A model generated the notes under the pieces. The model was not told the DNA's origin and did not search any database. It saw only the letters and a program-made list of their open reading frames with translations. The translations under genes were made by a program, and so were the position numbers. A DNA stretch of 64,000 bases from a virus: IMG/VR virus record IMGVR_UViG_3300049491_000850, positions 31,516 through 95,515 of that record; one strand, written 5' to 3'. Position 1 is the stretch's first letter. Each line of letters starts with the position of its first letter. Of this stretch, positions 54,789 to 64,000 are shown in pieces.

Positions 54789-55748
54789 ATGCCATTTTTC
54801 ACAAGACCTGACCTTTCCGACATTCAGTTTAAACAGATGTCTGGATCGACACTTACAATGTCAGGAGCAACTGATTTTATTGGACAATTAAAGTCAAAGG
54901 GTGTTGAAATTGATGCGACCATAGTAGGATCACCATCTGGTGTCACTGGTCACGTTTTAACATACATTGGCGGTAAAATAAAACTTGCTCCTTCTGGAAG
55001 TGGTACTAGTGATTCTTCTTTCGATAGCAATAGAACAACGACCAGAGTAGGCATTCCTGCCGTAAACGTAGGTGGTGCAACTGTAAAGCAATTCCTTGAA
55101 GGATATTTCTTCCCTTCTGTTCCCCCAACACTTTCAATTGTTGGTGGTACAACAAGATATTTTGGTAATAACGCTTCATTCGTTCTTAACTGGACTGTAA
55201 CAAGAAGAACATTACCGATTACATCAATCACCGTGAACGGTTTATCTGTTCCGTCTGGATTCTTTAGCGGATTACCTCAAAATGGAAGTTTAAGTAGTGG
55301 TACGACTGCAACAATTGCAACACCGAACACGAACCAGAACTATATTTTGAACACAACTACTGCTTCTGAAAACGTAAACGCAGTAACTACTATGAGTTTC
55401 AGTCATAAGAGATATTTCTATGGTGAGAATCAAGATTTACTCGACAACGGTCTATTCAGTGATGCTGGTAGAAGCACAAACGTAAACTTAAATGACGTAG
55501 GTGGTAAGTCAGAATTTGCCGGATCAAAAGCAAAAGGAACGTTCTCAATCACATTGAGCAATCAGTTCTTCTACTATATCTATCCAACATCATTTGGCGC
55601 AGCAGCGTTCACGATCAATGGTTTGTCAAACAACGATTTCAGTTTTGCTGACTTCTCGTTTACCAATCCATTTGGATTCGTGACTACGTTCAGAATGTAT
55701 AGAACAAATAACTTATTAAACGGCACATTTAATATTGCCGTAGCATAA
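54789..55748 (+). CDS. virion fibre/adaptor protein
   Basis: Thr/Ser/Gly-rich beta protein; late motif at 54700-54707; first gene of the fibre operon. Confidence 0.6.
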   Translation: MPFFTRPDLSDIQFKQMSGSTLTMSGATDFIGQLKSKGVEIDATIVGSPSGVTGHVLTYIGGKIKLAPSGSGTSDSSFDSNRTTTRVGIPAVNVGGATVKQFLEGYFFPSVPPTLSIVGGTTRYFGNNASFVLNWTVTRRTLPITSITVNGLSVPSGFFSGLPQNGSLSSGTTATIATPNTNQNYILNTTTASENVNAVTTMSFSHKRYFYGENQDLLDNGLFSDAGRSTNVNLNDVGGKSEFAGSKAKGTFSITLSNQFFYYIYPTSFGAAAFTINGLSNNDFSFADFSFTNPFGFVTTFRMYRTNNLLNGTFNIAVA

Positions 55749-55761
55749 AAATAGAAAGAGA

Positions 55762-58305
55762 ATGCAAAAATTACTTGGAACCGTAATAGCCTCACCTGTA
55801 GTACCGGGAGATTCAAGTGTCGATACATACCCATCGCACTATCCTTTCCTTGGTATGGGTGGTTATAGAGAAGTATTAACCATTGCCGATAGAGACGCAA
55901 TACCTGTTCACGTTTTAGGAAATCTTGACTTTACAGGTACTTCATCTATGGGTTCTGGTCATAGACGTTTGGGTATGCTCGTTTATGTTTCAGAAGTCAA
56001 TACAACATATCAATTAAATATTCCTTACTTGACATGGACTGGTTTGACTAACGTCAACAAGGTTGCTGCTCTCGCAAACAATACTAATTGGATTGAATTT
56101 GCATCTGGAAGTGGTGGTGGAGATGCCATCAAAAAGAGATACAATCAGAACGGACACGGATTTTCTATTGGTCAAGTAGTTGCCTACAACGGTACGAGTT
56201 TCGTATTGAAGTCAGCAGCACAAGCAGATTCTAATGAGACCCTTGGTCTTGTAAGTAGAATTGATGACGTAGATAATTTCACAATTACATACTCAGGTTT
56301 CTTTGATGCATCAACTGTATCGGGATTGAGTGCAAGTACCGTGTACTATGTGTCATCGTTCGTGGCAGGTGATATTTCATCAAGTGCACCAACTGCACTT
56401 GGAGACGAAGTAAGACCGATCTTGATCACACAAACTCCGACAACGGGTATTGTGGTTCAGTATCGTGGAAATGTGATTGTAGAAGTTAGTGGTAGTAGTG
56501 GAACGACAATAAATGTTATCGGCCCTGCGGAGGATGGAACTTACGAAGACGGTTTATTTACAGACTTCGTACCAACAACTCCAACAGGAACAGCAGTTGA
56601 CAGATTCAATGAAGTATTAAAAGCATTGGCTCCATCACCAGCACCTGATTTAAGTAGCATAATGTTGGATTTCACATATCCTTCTGCAAATTTATCATTT
56701 GGTATTACAAAACCAATTTCGGGTTACACTAATGTGAGTGCAGCAGCAGGTAATACTGCTCTTGACATCAATGGTGCGTATATCGTTGGTGGAACTAGAA
56801 GAGGTGCAACAAGATTTGCAATCAGTGGTAACTTAAATTCAAGTGTTCCACTTACAACATCATATCCAGCAGGTGCGTTTGGTGAAGGCAATATAGGAAG
56901 ATTAGAAATGCATGTTAACGGTGTATTGGCTCAAATAATATCTCTATCAGGTACTACAGCAGCGACATCAACATCAAGATTTAATTTAAGTGCTGTGTCG
57001 CCTGTAACATTTGCAAACAATGATCCATTCAATTTCTTTAAATATAGAACTGGAACATTTGCAGTACCACAGGCAGGGATGGCGTTTGGTTTTAACTACA
57101 TGAGAATACTTCATGTAAAACCAAGTGGTACAATTCAAACAAATTACTTGGAATGGATTTATGATCCACAAGGTAACATACTTATTTTGGGTGGTAATAA
57201 CCTTAGCGGATTATCACTTACTGGTAGTAAATATATTTCTGGTGTAAGATACAATACTGGTGGAACTGTTACATATAATGTGACCTTATCACACGGATAT
57301 AAAAACGTCTATCCTAATGGTAATGCAATTACATATCCATCAAGAACAAACTTGAGTGATGCGGGAATAATTTCAAAAACAGGTACTGGCTTGACTTCTG
57401 ATATATCGGCATCAAGAACATTTCCTGCATTGAATACTGCTGTGGTTAATCCACAAGATTCAATACTTAACCTTGCATCTGCACACGTATTACAAAATAA
57501 TATATTAGGTACACTTGGGACTTTAGGTAAAATTGAAACCAACGTATCTATTGTCCATCCGGTAAAGACAACAGCGACTGGTGGTGTTGCATCGTTAAAT
57601 GGATTTTTACAGTACACAACTGTTCAAGTTGGTAATGTGAAGACTGAAAACTTTACTGGTGAAATAAACAGATTGCAAGATAGAGATTATACTGCATTGA
57701 CATATGCTAACATCGATGGTGGAACGTATGTATGGGATGGAACACAAAGTTTAGTTGGTGCAAATGCACAACATAACACTGGCTTATTGATATTCAATGG
57801 TGAATTGATATATCCTAATGCTGCATATTTAAATGCGACATATGGTATAAACGCAGGAAATTTCGGAGCGGTAACAAATGCTCTTCCGAGTAATCCTAAC
57901 TATTCAACTGCATCTGGTATCAGAGTATTTGATAGAAAATTCAAATCAACGAATGCTGTAACTCAGTCAACGTTGACACTTGAGTTCCTACATACTGGCT
58001 CGAACAGTAGTTTCTTAACTGATGGTGGAACTGGTGGAGTTGCTACTGGTAACTTCATCAAGATTGAATGTATGATCAAGAGAGCAGGTGGTGCAACACA
58101 TGGATGGTTTAATCCATTTGCATCATCAGGAAATCCAGAAGGTATTGCAAACACTGCGATCTCTTCAATTGCAGGTGGTACTTCCGTATCATGTACATTA
58201 TCTACAACACCAAGAATTGGTAATGGAGATATATTGATCGTAAGAGTTTATGCTGCAAGTGGATGGACAAATAGAATAAGTAATATTAACGTAGTTAACA
58301 TATAA
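55762..58305 (+). CDS. tail/capsid fibre protein (modular)
   Basis: GGYREV.TIADRDAIP...RRLGMLVYV N-module; GHGF module; ~600-aa C-module paralogous to the next gene. Confidence 0.7.
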   Translation: MQKLLGTVIASPVVPGDSSVDTYPSHYPFLGMGGYREVLTIADRDAIPVHVLGNLDFTGTSSMGSGHRRLGMLVYVSEVNTTYQLNIPYLTWTGLTNVNKVAALANNTNWIEFASGSGGGDAIKKRYNQNGHGFSIGQVVAYNGTSFVLKSAAQADSNETLGLVSRIDDVDNFTITYSGFFDASTVSGLSASTVYYVSSFVAGDISSSAPTALGDEVRPILITQTPTTGIVVQYRGNVIVEVSGSSGTTINVIGPAEDGTYEDGLFTDFVPTTPTGTAVDRFNEVLKALAPSPAPDLSSIMLDFTYPSANLSFGITKPISGYTNVSAAAGNTALDINGAYIVGGTRRGATRFAISGNLNSSVPLTTSYPAGAFGEGNIGRLEMHVNGVLAQIISLSGTTAATSTSRFNLSAVSPVTFANNDPFNFFKYRTGTFAVPQAGMAFGFNYMRILHVKPSGTIQTNYLEWIYDPQGNILILGGNNLSGLSLTGSKYISGVRYNTGGTVTYNVTLSHGYKNVYPNGNAITYPSRTNLSDAGIISKTGTGLTSDISASRTFPALNTAVVNPQDSILNLASAHVLQNNILGTLGTLGKIETNVSIVHPVKTTATGGVASLNGFLQYTTVQVGNVKTENFTGEINRLQDRDYTALTYANIDGGTYVWDGTQSLVGANAQHNTGLLIFNGELIYPNAAYLNATYGINAGNFGAVTNALPSNPNYSTASGIRVFDRKFKSTNAVTQSTLTLEFLHTGSNSSFLTDGGTGGVATGNFIKIECMIKRAGGATHGWFNPFASSGNPEGIANTAISSIAGGTSVSCTLSTTPRIGNGDILIVRVYAASGWTNRISNINVVNI

Positions 58306-58308
58306 GAC

Positions 58309-61300
58309 ATGCCATTAAATACATTAAATACAGGCGCAATTTCGTTTAAGAAATTAGTTGGTAAAGCACACACTCAACAAGGGTTTGCTTTCACAGAAGA
58401 AAGTATTGCCTCAACGGTTAGTTCTTCTATCTCAAGTGTATTTGCTGATAGAATTAATCCAATTCCGGCAACGAGTGGATTGACTGCACTATATGCTACT
58501 GACGGAACTGTTCAAAAAATAAGATTCGAAGTTGAAATTATTCCTGATACTTTGATCGGTACGAACCGTTCACAAGGTTATAGATTAAAATTACCTTCTG
58601 TAATAAACGGATGGAATGCCAATGGTGCGTTATATCCAACATTCAGTGCAGGTACAAAAGTTCATACTTCACTTGGTAAACTTCAAATTGTTCCATCATT
58701 ATATGGTAGAACAAAATCAGATGGATCAAATGAGTATGATCCAATTTTATATCAGACAAACGGATCGACTGTGATCGCTAAATTTGATCCGATCAACTGG
58801 ATCATTGATAGCTATAACGGTATCTTGTTTGTTCAAGACCCGCCAGCAGGTTATGACGTGAGTGCATCGAGACCCGGTTTCGTTGATGCTTACTTATTCG
58901 TTGGTGATTATCTTGATCAAAAACTTGTTAGCGGTTTAACTGGTACTTCTGTTGAATGGAGTGACATTTTAAATAAACCATTGACTTTTCCACCTTCTGC
59001 ACACGTTCATCCAATATCTGGTGTGACTGGTTTGCAAGGTGCGTTGGATAATAAAATTTCGATTTCTGAAAAGGGTGTAGCTGGTGGAGTTACTCCACTT
59101 GATATAAATAATTTAGTTCCACTTATACATATTCCTTCAATTTTCAAGGAAGTGTATGTGGTTCCAACAATTGCTGCAAGAACTGCGAGATTCGTAGCGT
59201 CTGGTATTACTGGTACTACAGCAGTTACTTCTTTCGAAGGTCTAAGAGTATACGTACTTGATTGTACTGGTGCTCCTGAACTTCCAACAGGTACAACTGG
59301 TGCATGTGAATCGATTGATACAACTGGTTTCTTAAACTGGTCGGCAATTACTTCAAGTCAAACTATTGATCTTGATTGGACAAATATTGCAAACAAGCCA
59401 CCGCTTGTAAATAGAATTTTAAATGGTGGTGGATTAAATATCATACCATTTAGTGGTACTGGATATACTACAATATCAATTGACGTAGATAACGTTTACA
59501 TTGAAACACAAGTACCTTCTGGTAATGTGAGCATTATAGAACAATCTATTGATCCATCAAGATTGAAATTCCAAGGTGGCAACACTGGTACTACTGGACA
59601 ATATATTATCAGAGGTACTGGTAACACATTCAGCGTTGGTAATTTACCACTCACTGGTGTAAGTACTGTATCAACGTCAAGTGGTGTAACAAATATTGGT
59701 ACATCACAAAATCCAATATTGATTGCACAAGTTGATGCTGGTGATAATACTATTGAAGCAACTGCATTCGGATTAAGAGTGAAGAACTCGTCAATTGGTT
59801 CCAATAAAATCAATTTTGGTTCTGCGCCATTCCAGTTTAATGCGGACAACTTATTGTTGAACTCTGGAACAACATTCTCAGGTAGTTCAACAGACGTAGG
59901 AACTGCGATTGAAGAATTGCAGGGAATGATCAATCAGAATTATGTATTGACAATTACTGGTGCTACAAACATCGGTACTGGTCAAGGACATGTATATGTT
60001 ACTGGCTCAACAGGTCAAACATTACAGTTCAAAAAGATAAAACAAGGAAATAAAATTTCTGTAACTCAAACTGGTACAGATATAACAATTGCGGTGACAG
60101 GTATTTCAGCAACAACAGGGACGACAACTATCGGCCCTGCTGAGGATGGAACTTACACCGATGGATTGTTCATAGATTTCGTACCAACAACTCCAATAGG
60201 AACTGCTGTGGATAGATTTAACGAAGTATTGAAAGCATTAGCACCACCACCTGCTCCTGATTTAAGTCAGGCGACTGGAAGTGGTACGTTCGTAGCTGGT
60301 AAGTTATCATTCGGTTCATCGAAGGTGATTGCTGGTTTCACAAACGTAGGAACTAATGCTGGTAATGCTGCTGTAGACATAAACGGTAACTATGCGATCT
60401 CTGGAACGAGATTAGGATTAACTGCAACTCCAATCACTGGTGTATTGAACTCAAGTGTTGTTGGTGGTGGTGGAGGTATCCCGTATGCGAACACTGCATT
60501 CGGTGATGGTCACCTTGGCAAGTTAATTATGTATAAGAATGGTCTTGTACATAGCACATTGATCTTATCAGGTACAACTGGTGCAACAAGTAACAGTAGA
60601 ATGGCTGTAACTGCTGTTCAACCAGTAAAATTCCCAAGTGGACAACCATTGGCAGTGTTTACCTATAGAACAGGTACTTTCAGTATCCCGGTATCCGCAA
60701 TGACTAATGGTTACAACTATATTAGAATCGTGCACAGTGGTGCAACGTTCAGTAGACAGACAAACTTTACTGAATGGGTATATGATCCAGATGCATCGAC
60801 AATTGCATTGATTGCACCTTCTGGTTTGACAAATTTAACTCTTGGTGGTAGCAAGTTTATCTCCGGTGTAAATTATCACACTAGTGGTAGTGTAAAATAT
60901 CAAGGTACATTCTCGAATGTATATAAGAACGTGTTCAGTAACTCTGCAACAGCTATTGATTTCCATACAAGAGAAAATCTTGCTGCAATGACATTAATGG
61001 ATGTTACTGGTGCTGGTATTGTACCACGTTTGGCAAGTGCTTTACAAACATTGCCTGACTTGGATATTGCAGCATCAAATCCACAGAACACAAATATTAC
61101 CGTGCTCGGTACATTACCTATAAACGTATCATTGTTACTTGGTAACGTTGGTACTTTAGGTAGAGTAAGATCAAGCGTGGCAGTATTACATCCATTTGCA
61201 GCACAAGGTTTCAGTGGTGCACAATCGACCTTAACTGGTTTCTTGTTTAACACAGTGAACCAAGTAACAAACTTGAATAACGAAACCTTCGATGGTGAAG

Positions 61301-61941
61301 TAGATAGATTAGAAGCAAGAGACTATAGCGTATTGACATATGCTAACGTAGACGGTGGAACTTATGCATGGAGTCCTACACAAAACTTGATTAGTGGTAA
61401 TGCTCAACACAACACTGGCTTGTTAGTATTTAACGGAGAATTGTTGTATCCGAATGCAGCGTATTTAACCTCAACATATGGTATTACGACTGGTAACTTC
61501 GGTGCAGTAACAAATGCTCCGGTTGGTAACCCTAACTATACAGCAGCAGCAGGTGGCAGAAGTCACTATAGAAAGTTTAAGTCAGCAAACGGTAGTACAC
61601 AGTCAACATTGACATTTACTATTGCACACACTGGTGTACTTGCAGACTTCTTGACTAATGGTGGTACAGGTGGTGTACCTGCAAGTAATCAAATCAAGTT
61701 TGAGTTCTTGATCATGAGAAGCGGTGGAGCAATTCACGGATGGGCAAACCCTTTCGCACCGTCTGGTAATCCAGAAGGTATTGCAAACACTTCATCATCG
61801 CACAGTGCAGGAGTGACCACGGTATCATGTACATTGGCGACAACTCCAAGAGTAGCGATTAATGATATTGTTGTTGTGAGAATACTTACATCAAGTGTTT
61901 ATAGCAACAGAATATCAAATGAAGCAATAACAAACATTTAA
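58309..61941 (+). CDS. tail/capsid fibre protein (modular)
   Basis: W.DI.NKP repeats, HVHP.S.V.GLQ.ALD fibre repeat; N-module paralogous to 61959; C-module paralogous to 55762. Confidence 0.75.
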   Translation: MPLNTLNTGAISFKKLVGKAHTQQGFAFTEESIASTVSSSISSVFADRINPIPATSGLTALYATDGTVQKIRFEVEIIPDTLIGTNRSQGYRLKLPSVINGWNANGALYPTFSAGTKVHTSLGKLQIVPSLYGRTKSDGSNEYDPILYQTNGSTVIAKFDPINWIIDSYNGILFVQDPPAGYDVSASRPGFVDAYLFVGDYLDQKLVSGLTGTSVEWSDILNKPLTFPPSAHVHPISGVTGLQGALDNKISISEKGVAGGVTPLDINNLVPLIHIPSIFKEVYVVPTIAARTARFVASGITGTTAVTSFEGLRVYVLDCTGAPELPTGTTGACESIDTTGFLNWSAITSSQTIDLDWTNIANKPPLVNRILNGGGLNIIPFSGTGYTTISIDVDNVYIETQVPSGNVSIIEQSIDPSRLKFQGGNTGTTGQYIIRGTGNTFSVGNLPLTGVSTVSTSSGVTNIGTSQNPILIAQVDAGDNTIEATAFGLRVKNSSIGSNKINFGSAPFQFNADNLLLNSGTTFSGSSTDVGTAIEELQGMINQNYVLTITGATNIGTGQGHVYVTGSTGQTLQFKKIKQGNKISVTQTGTDITIAVTGISATTGTTTIGPAEDGTYTDGLFIDFVPTTPIGTAVDRFNEVLKALAPPPAPDLSQATGSGTFVAGKLSFGSSKVIAGFTNVGTNAGNAAVDINGNYAISGTRLGLTATPITGVLNSSVVGGGGGIPYANTAFGDGHLGKLIMYKNGLVHSTLILSGTTGATSNSRMAVTAVQPVKFPSGQPLAVFTYRTGTFSIPVSAMTNGYNYIRIVHSGATFSRQTNFTEWVYDPDASTIALIAPSGLTNLTLGGSKFISGVNYHTSGSVKYQGTFSNVYKNVFSNSATAIDFHTRENLAAMTLMDVTGAGIVPRLASALQTLPDLDIAASNPQNTNITVLGTLPINVSLLLGNVGTLGRVRSSVAVLHPFAAQGFSGAQSTLTGFLFNTVNQVTNLNNETFDGEVDRLEARDYSVLTYANVDGGTYAWSPTQNLISGNAQHNTGLLVFNGELLYPNAAYLTSTYGITTGNFGAVTNAPVGNPNYTAAAGGRSHYRKFKSANGSTQSTLTFTIAHTGVLADFLTNGGTGGVPASNQIKFEFLIMRSGGAIHGWANPFAPSGNPEGIANTSSSHSAGVTTVSCTLATTPRVAINDIVVVRILTSSVYSNRISNEAITNI

Positions 61942-61958
61942 TAAATAGAGATATATAA

Positions 61959-64000
61959 ATGGCACTAACAACATTAAATACTGGATCGATTTCGTTTAAA
62001 AAATTGAGTGGTAAGGTACATACTCAGCAGAATTTTGCTGTGACAGAAGAAGGTATTTCTACTAACGTACAATCTTCTTTTTCAACCGTGTTCGCTCAAC
62101 CGATTGTGAAACTTCCGGTTACACAATCTGGTTTAACATCATTGTATGCAACAAATGGTATTGTTGAAAGAGTTAAGTTCCAAATCGATCTTATTCCTGA
62201 TACACAGATTGCCGTAGGTAAGTCACAGGGTTATAGATTAAAACTACCATCTGATTACAATACCTTCGGTGAACTTTATCCTGAGTTTAGTGCCGGAACA
62301 TATTTATACACTGCTCTTGGTAAACTTCAAATTGTACCTTCACTTTATGGTACATTGAAGCCAGACGGTTCAACTGAATACGATCCAATCTTATATCAAA
62401 CTAACGGTTCAACAGTAATTGCTAAGTTTGATCCGATCAACTGGTACTTCGATCCATACAGTGGAATCTTGTTTGTTCAAGACCCTCCTGCTGGTTATGA
62501 CTCAAGTGCAGCAAGACCCGGTTATCTTGAAGCATTCTTATATGTTGGAGATTATCTTGACGATATTATATTCAGTATTTCAAGTGGAAGTACTGGTACT
62601 ACTGGTCAAAATATTGGTGGTGGTGCTGGTGTATTCAAAGATACAATAAACGTATCTGGTACATCTGTATTAAGATTCAAAACACTTGTTGGTACTGGTG
62701 GAATTAATGTAACTGGTGATACTGATAACATTATTATTGGATTCAGTGGATCAACATCATCGGCAGAATCATCACAAGCAGTTTCAAAAAACTTTTTACA
62801 ATTAGGACATGGTTTTGGTGTAAGTGATGTTGTCGAATATTCTGGTGGTACTTTTATTAAGGCATTGGCATTAGACGGAAGAGATTCTGAAATAATTGGT
62901 ATTGTAAGTAAAGTAATTGACGTTGATAATTTCTCGGTAGTTGTTACTGGTTATGTAAGTGGATTAACCGGAACCAGTGGAAGCAGCACCTACTATGTGA
63001 GTTCAACTGTGGCTGGTGGTATTACGATTAATGAACCAACTTCTGATGGTAGTATTAGTAAGCCAATATTATTCACATTAGGTGCAACCGATGGAATTGT
63101 TTTGTCTTATAGAGGATTTGTAAATGTAACTGGTGTAACTGCAACAACTGAATTCAACGTTACTAACGCTGAAAATGGTTTAACACAGATTGGAAGTACA
63201 GTAGTGTTGGGTGGTGCGTTAACTGGTAATACTGATATTAATGTTAATGGATATGAATTAAAAATTACTGGTAATACTGGTAGTAGAATATTATTACAAA
63301 ATTCTGCTGATGGTGACTACGTAGGACAAAGATATGAAAATACAATTACCGTAGAAGACTATGGAATGAGATTTGAATCGTACAGTGGAAACACCAACGC
63401 TTCAAGTTTAGTTATTAACGATTTAGGTTTTTCATTCACAGGTAAAAATCTTTCGACTGGTAAAAGACATAGATTGTCAGGAAACGATGGTATAATAAAT
63501 ATTGATGGTGTTGATCCTTCGAATACATTACGTACATCGTTAAGAATATCGGCAACACAAGCGTTATTCCAAGACACTAGAACTGGAAGTACTGCTGTTG
63601 GTTTACAGTATAGTTCAAACTACGGTGCTAATTTTACTGCAAGATCACTTGTTGATAGAGGTTATGTTGATAGTGCAGTTGTTAGTGGTTCTGTACTTGC
63701 AAATAATGGTTTAACAAAATCTGGAAATAGAATTCACTTAGGTGGAAACTTAACTGGTAATACTACAATTGCGTCTCCTGATGGATATGATTTTAATGTT
63801 GATACTCAAGGGTATATTAATATCAACGCATATAGAGTAAGATTTGGTGATATTACACCAGCACAACAAATTAATTATGTAATTGATGATGGTGGATTCT
63901 TCTACGTTTCTACAACTAATTCAGTTATAAATTTAAATGATGGTGAAGTTGAAATATCACATTTAAATTCACATATAAGTGTTAATGATAACAACATTAA
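61959..64000 (+). CDS. tail/capsid fibre protein (partial, runs off window)
   Basis: Not in ORF track. ATG at 61959: MALTTLNTGSISFKKLSGKVHTQQNFAVTEE..., paralogous to the 58309 N-terminus; later GHGF module and NGLT...LGG.LTGNT repeats. Confidence 0.8.
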   Translation, partial: MALTTLNTGSISFKKLSGKVHTQQNFAVTEEGISTNVQSSFSTVFAQPIVKLPVTQSGLTSLYATNGIVERVKFQIDLIPDTQIAVGKSQGYRLKLPSDYNTFGELYPEFSAGTYLYTALGKLQIVPSLYGTLKPDGSTEYDPILYQTNGSTVIAKFDPINWYFDPYSGILFVQDPPAGYDSSAARPGYLEAFLYVGDYLDDIIFSISSGSTGTTGQNIGGGAGVFKDTINVSGTSVLRFKTLVGTGGINVTGDTDNIIIGFSGSTSSAESSQAVSKNFLQLGHGFGVSDVVEYSGGTFIKALALDGRDSEIIGIVSKVIDVDNFSVVVTGYVSGLTGTSGSSTYYVSSTVAGGITINEPTSDGSISKPILFTLGATDGIVLSYRGFVNVTGVTATTEFNVTNAENGLTQIGSTVVLGGALTGNTDINVNGYELKITGNTGSRILLQNSADGDYVGQRYENTITVEDYGMRFESYSGNTNASSLVINDLGFSFTGKNLSTGKRHRLSGNDGIINIDGVDPSNTLRTSLRISATQALFQDTRTGSTAVGLQYSSNYGANFTARSLVDRGYVDSAVVSGSVLANNGLTKSGNRIHLGGNLTGNTTIASPDGYDFNVDTQGYININAYRVRFGDITPAQQINYVIDDGGFFYVSTTNSVINLNDGEVEISHLNSHISVNDNNI

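Noticed and set aside
347-63577. Numerous short overlapping/antisense ORFs in the track (e.g. 347-610, 8436-8906, 39835-40204, 52285-52599, 59496-59933)
   Set aside because: Shadow frames of longer, motif-supported genes.
55762-64000. Diversity-generating retroelement template/variable repeats
   Set aside because: The repeats are diverged protein-level paralogues with changes at all bases, and no reverse transcriptase is present in the window.

Overview
A 64-kb segment of an AT-rich, T4-superfamily-like large (probably jumbo) myophage in the standard genetic code. The host is probably Bacteroidota, inferred from TAnnTTTG promoters, no obvious Shine-Dalgarno sequences, a Bacteroidota-type lipoprotein and a Flavobacterium-like RNR. 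Gene content: scrambled tail and baseplate morphogenesis genes on both strands (sheath, tube, gp5-like spike, tail chaperone, tape measure, hub, LysM wedge, modular fibres); a probable late sigma factor; PhoH; ClpP; two glycosyltransferase/methyltransferase clusters with WecB; a replication block (SSB, RecA/UvsX, 5'-3' exonuclease, DnaB); and NrdB/NrdA. The most striking locus is 50.98-54.65 kb. Stacked promoters and a boxA-like element precede a ~770-nt ornate GOLLD-like RNA, a non-canonical tRNA(UCG), and three co-varying ~75-nt structured RNA repeats, followed by a ROT/TROVE(Ro60)-like-TerD protein. This looks like a phage-encoded Ro60/Y-RNA-type ribonucleoprotein module. All family assignments come from motif recognition by eye; no database searches were run.
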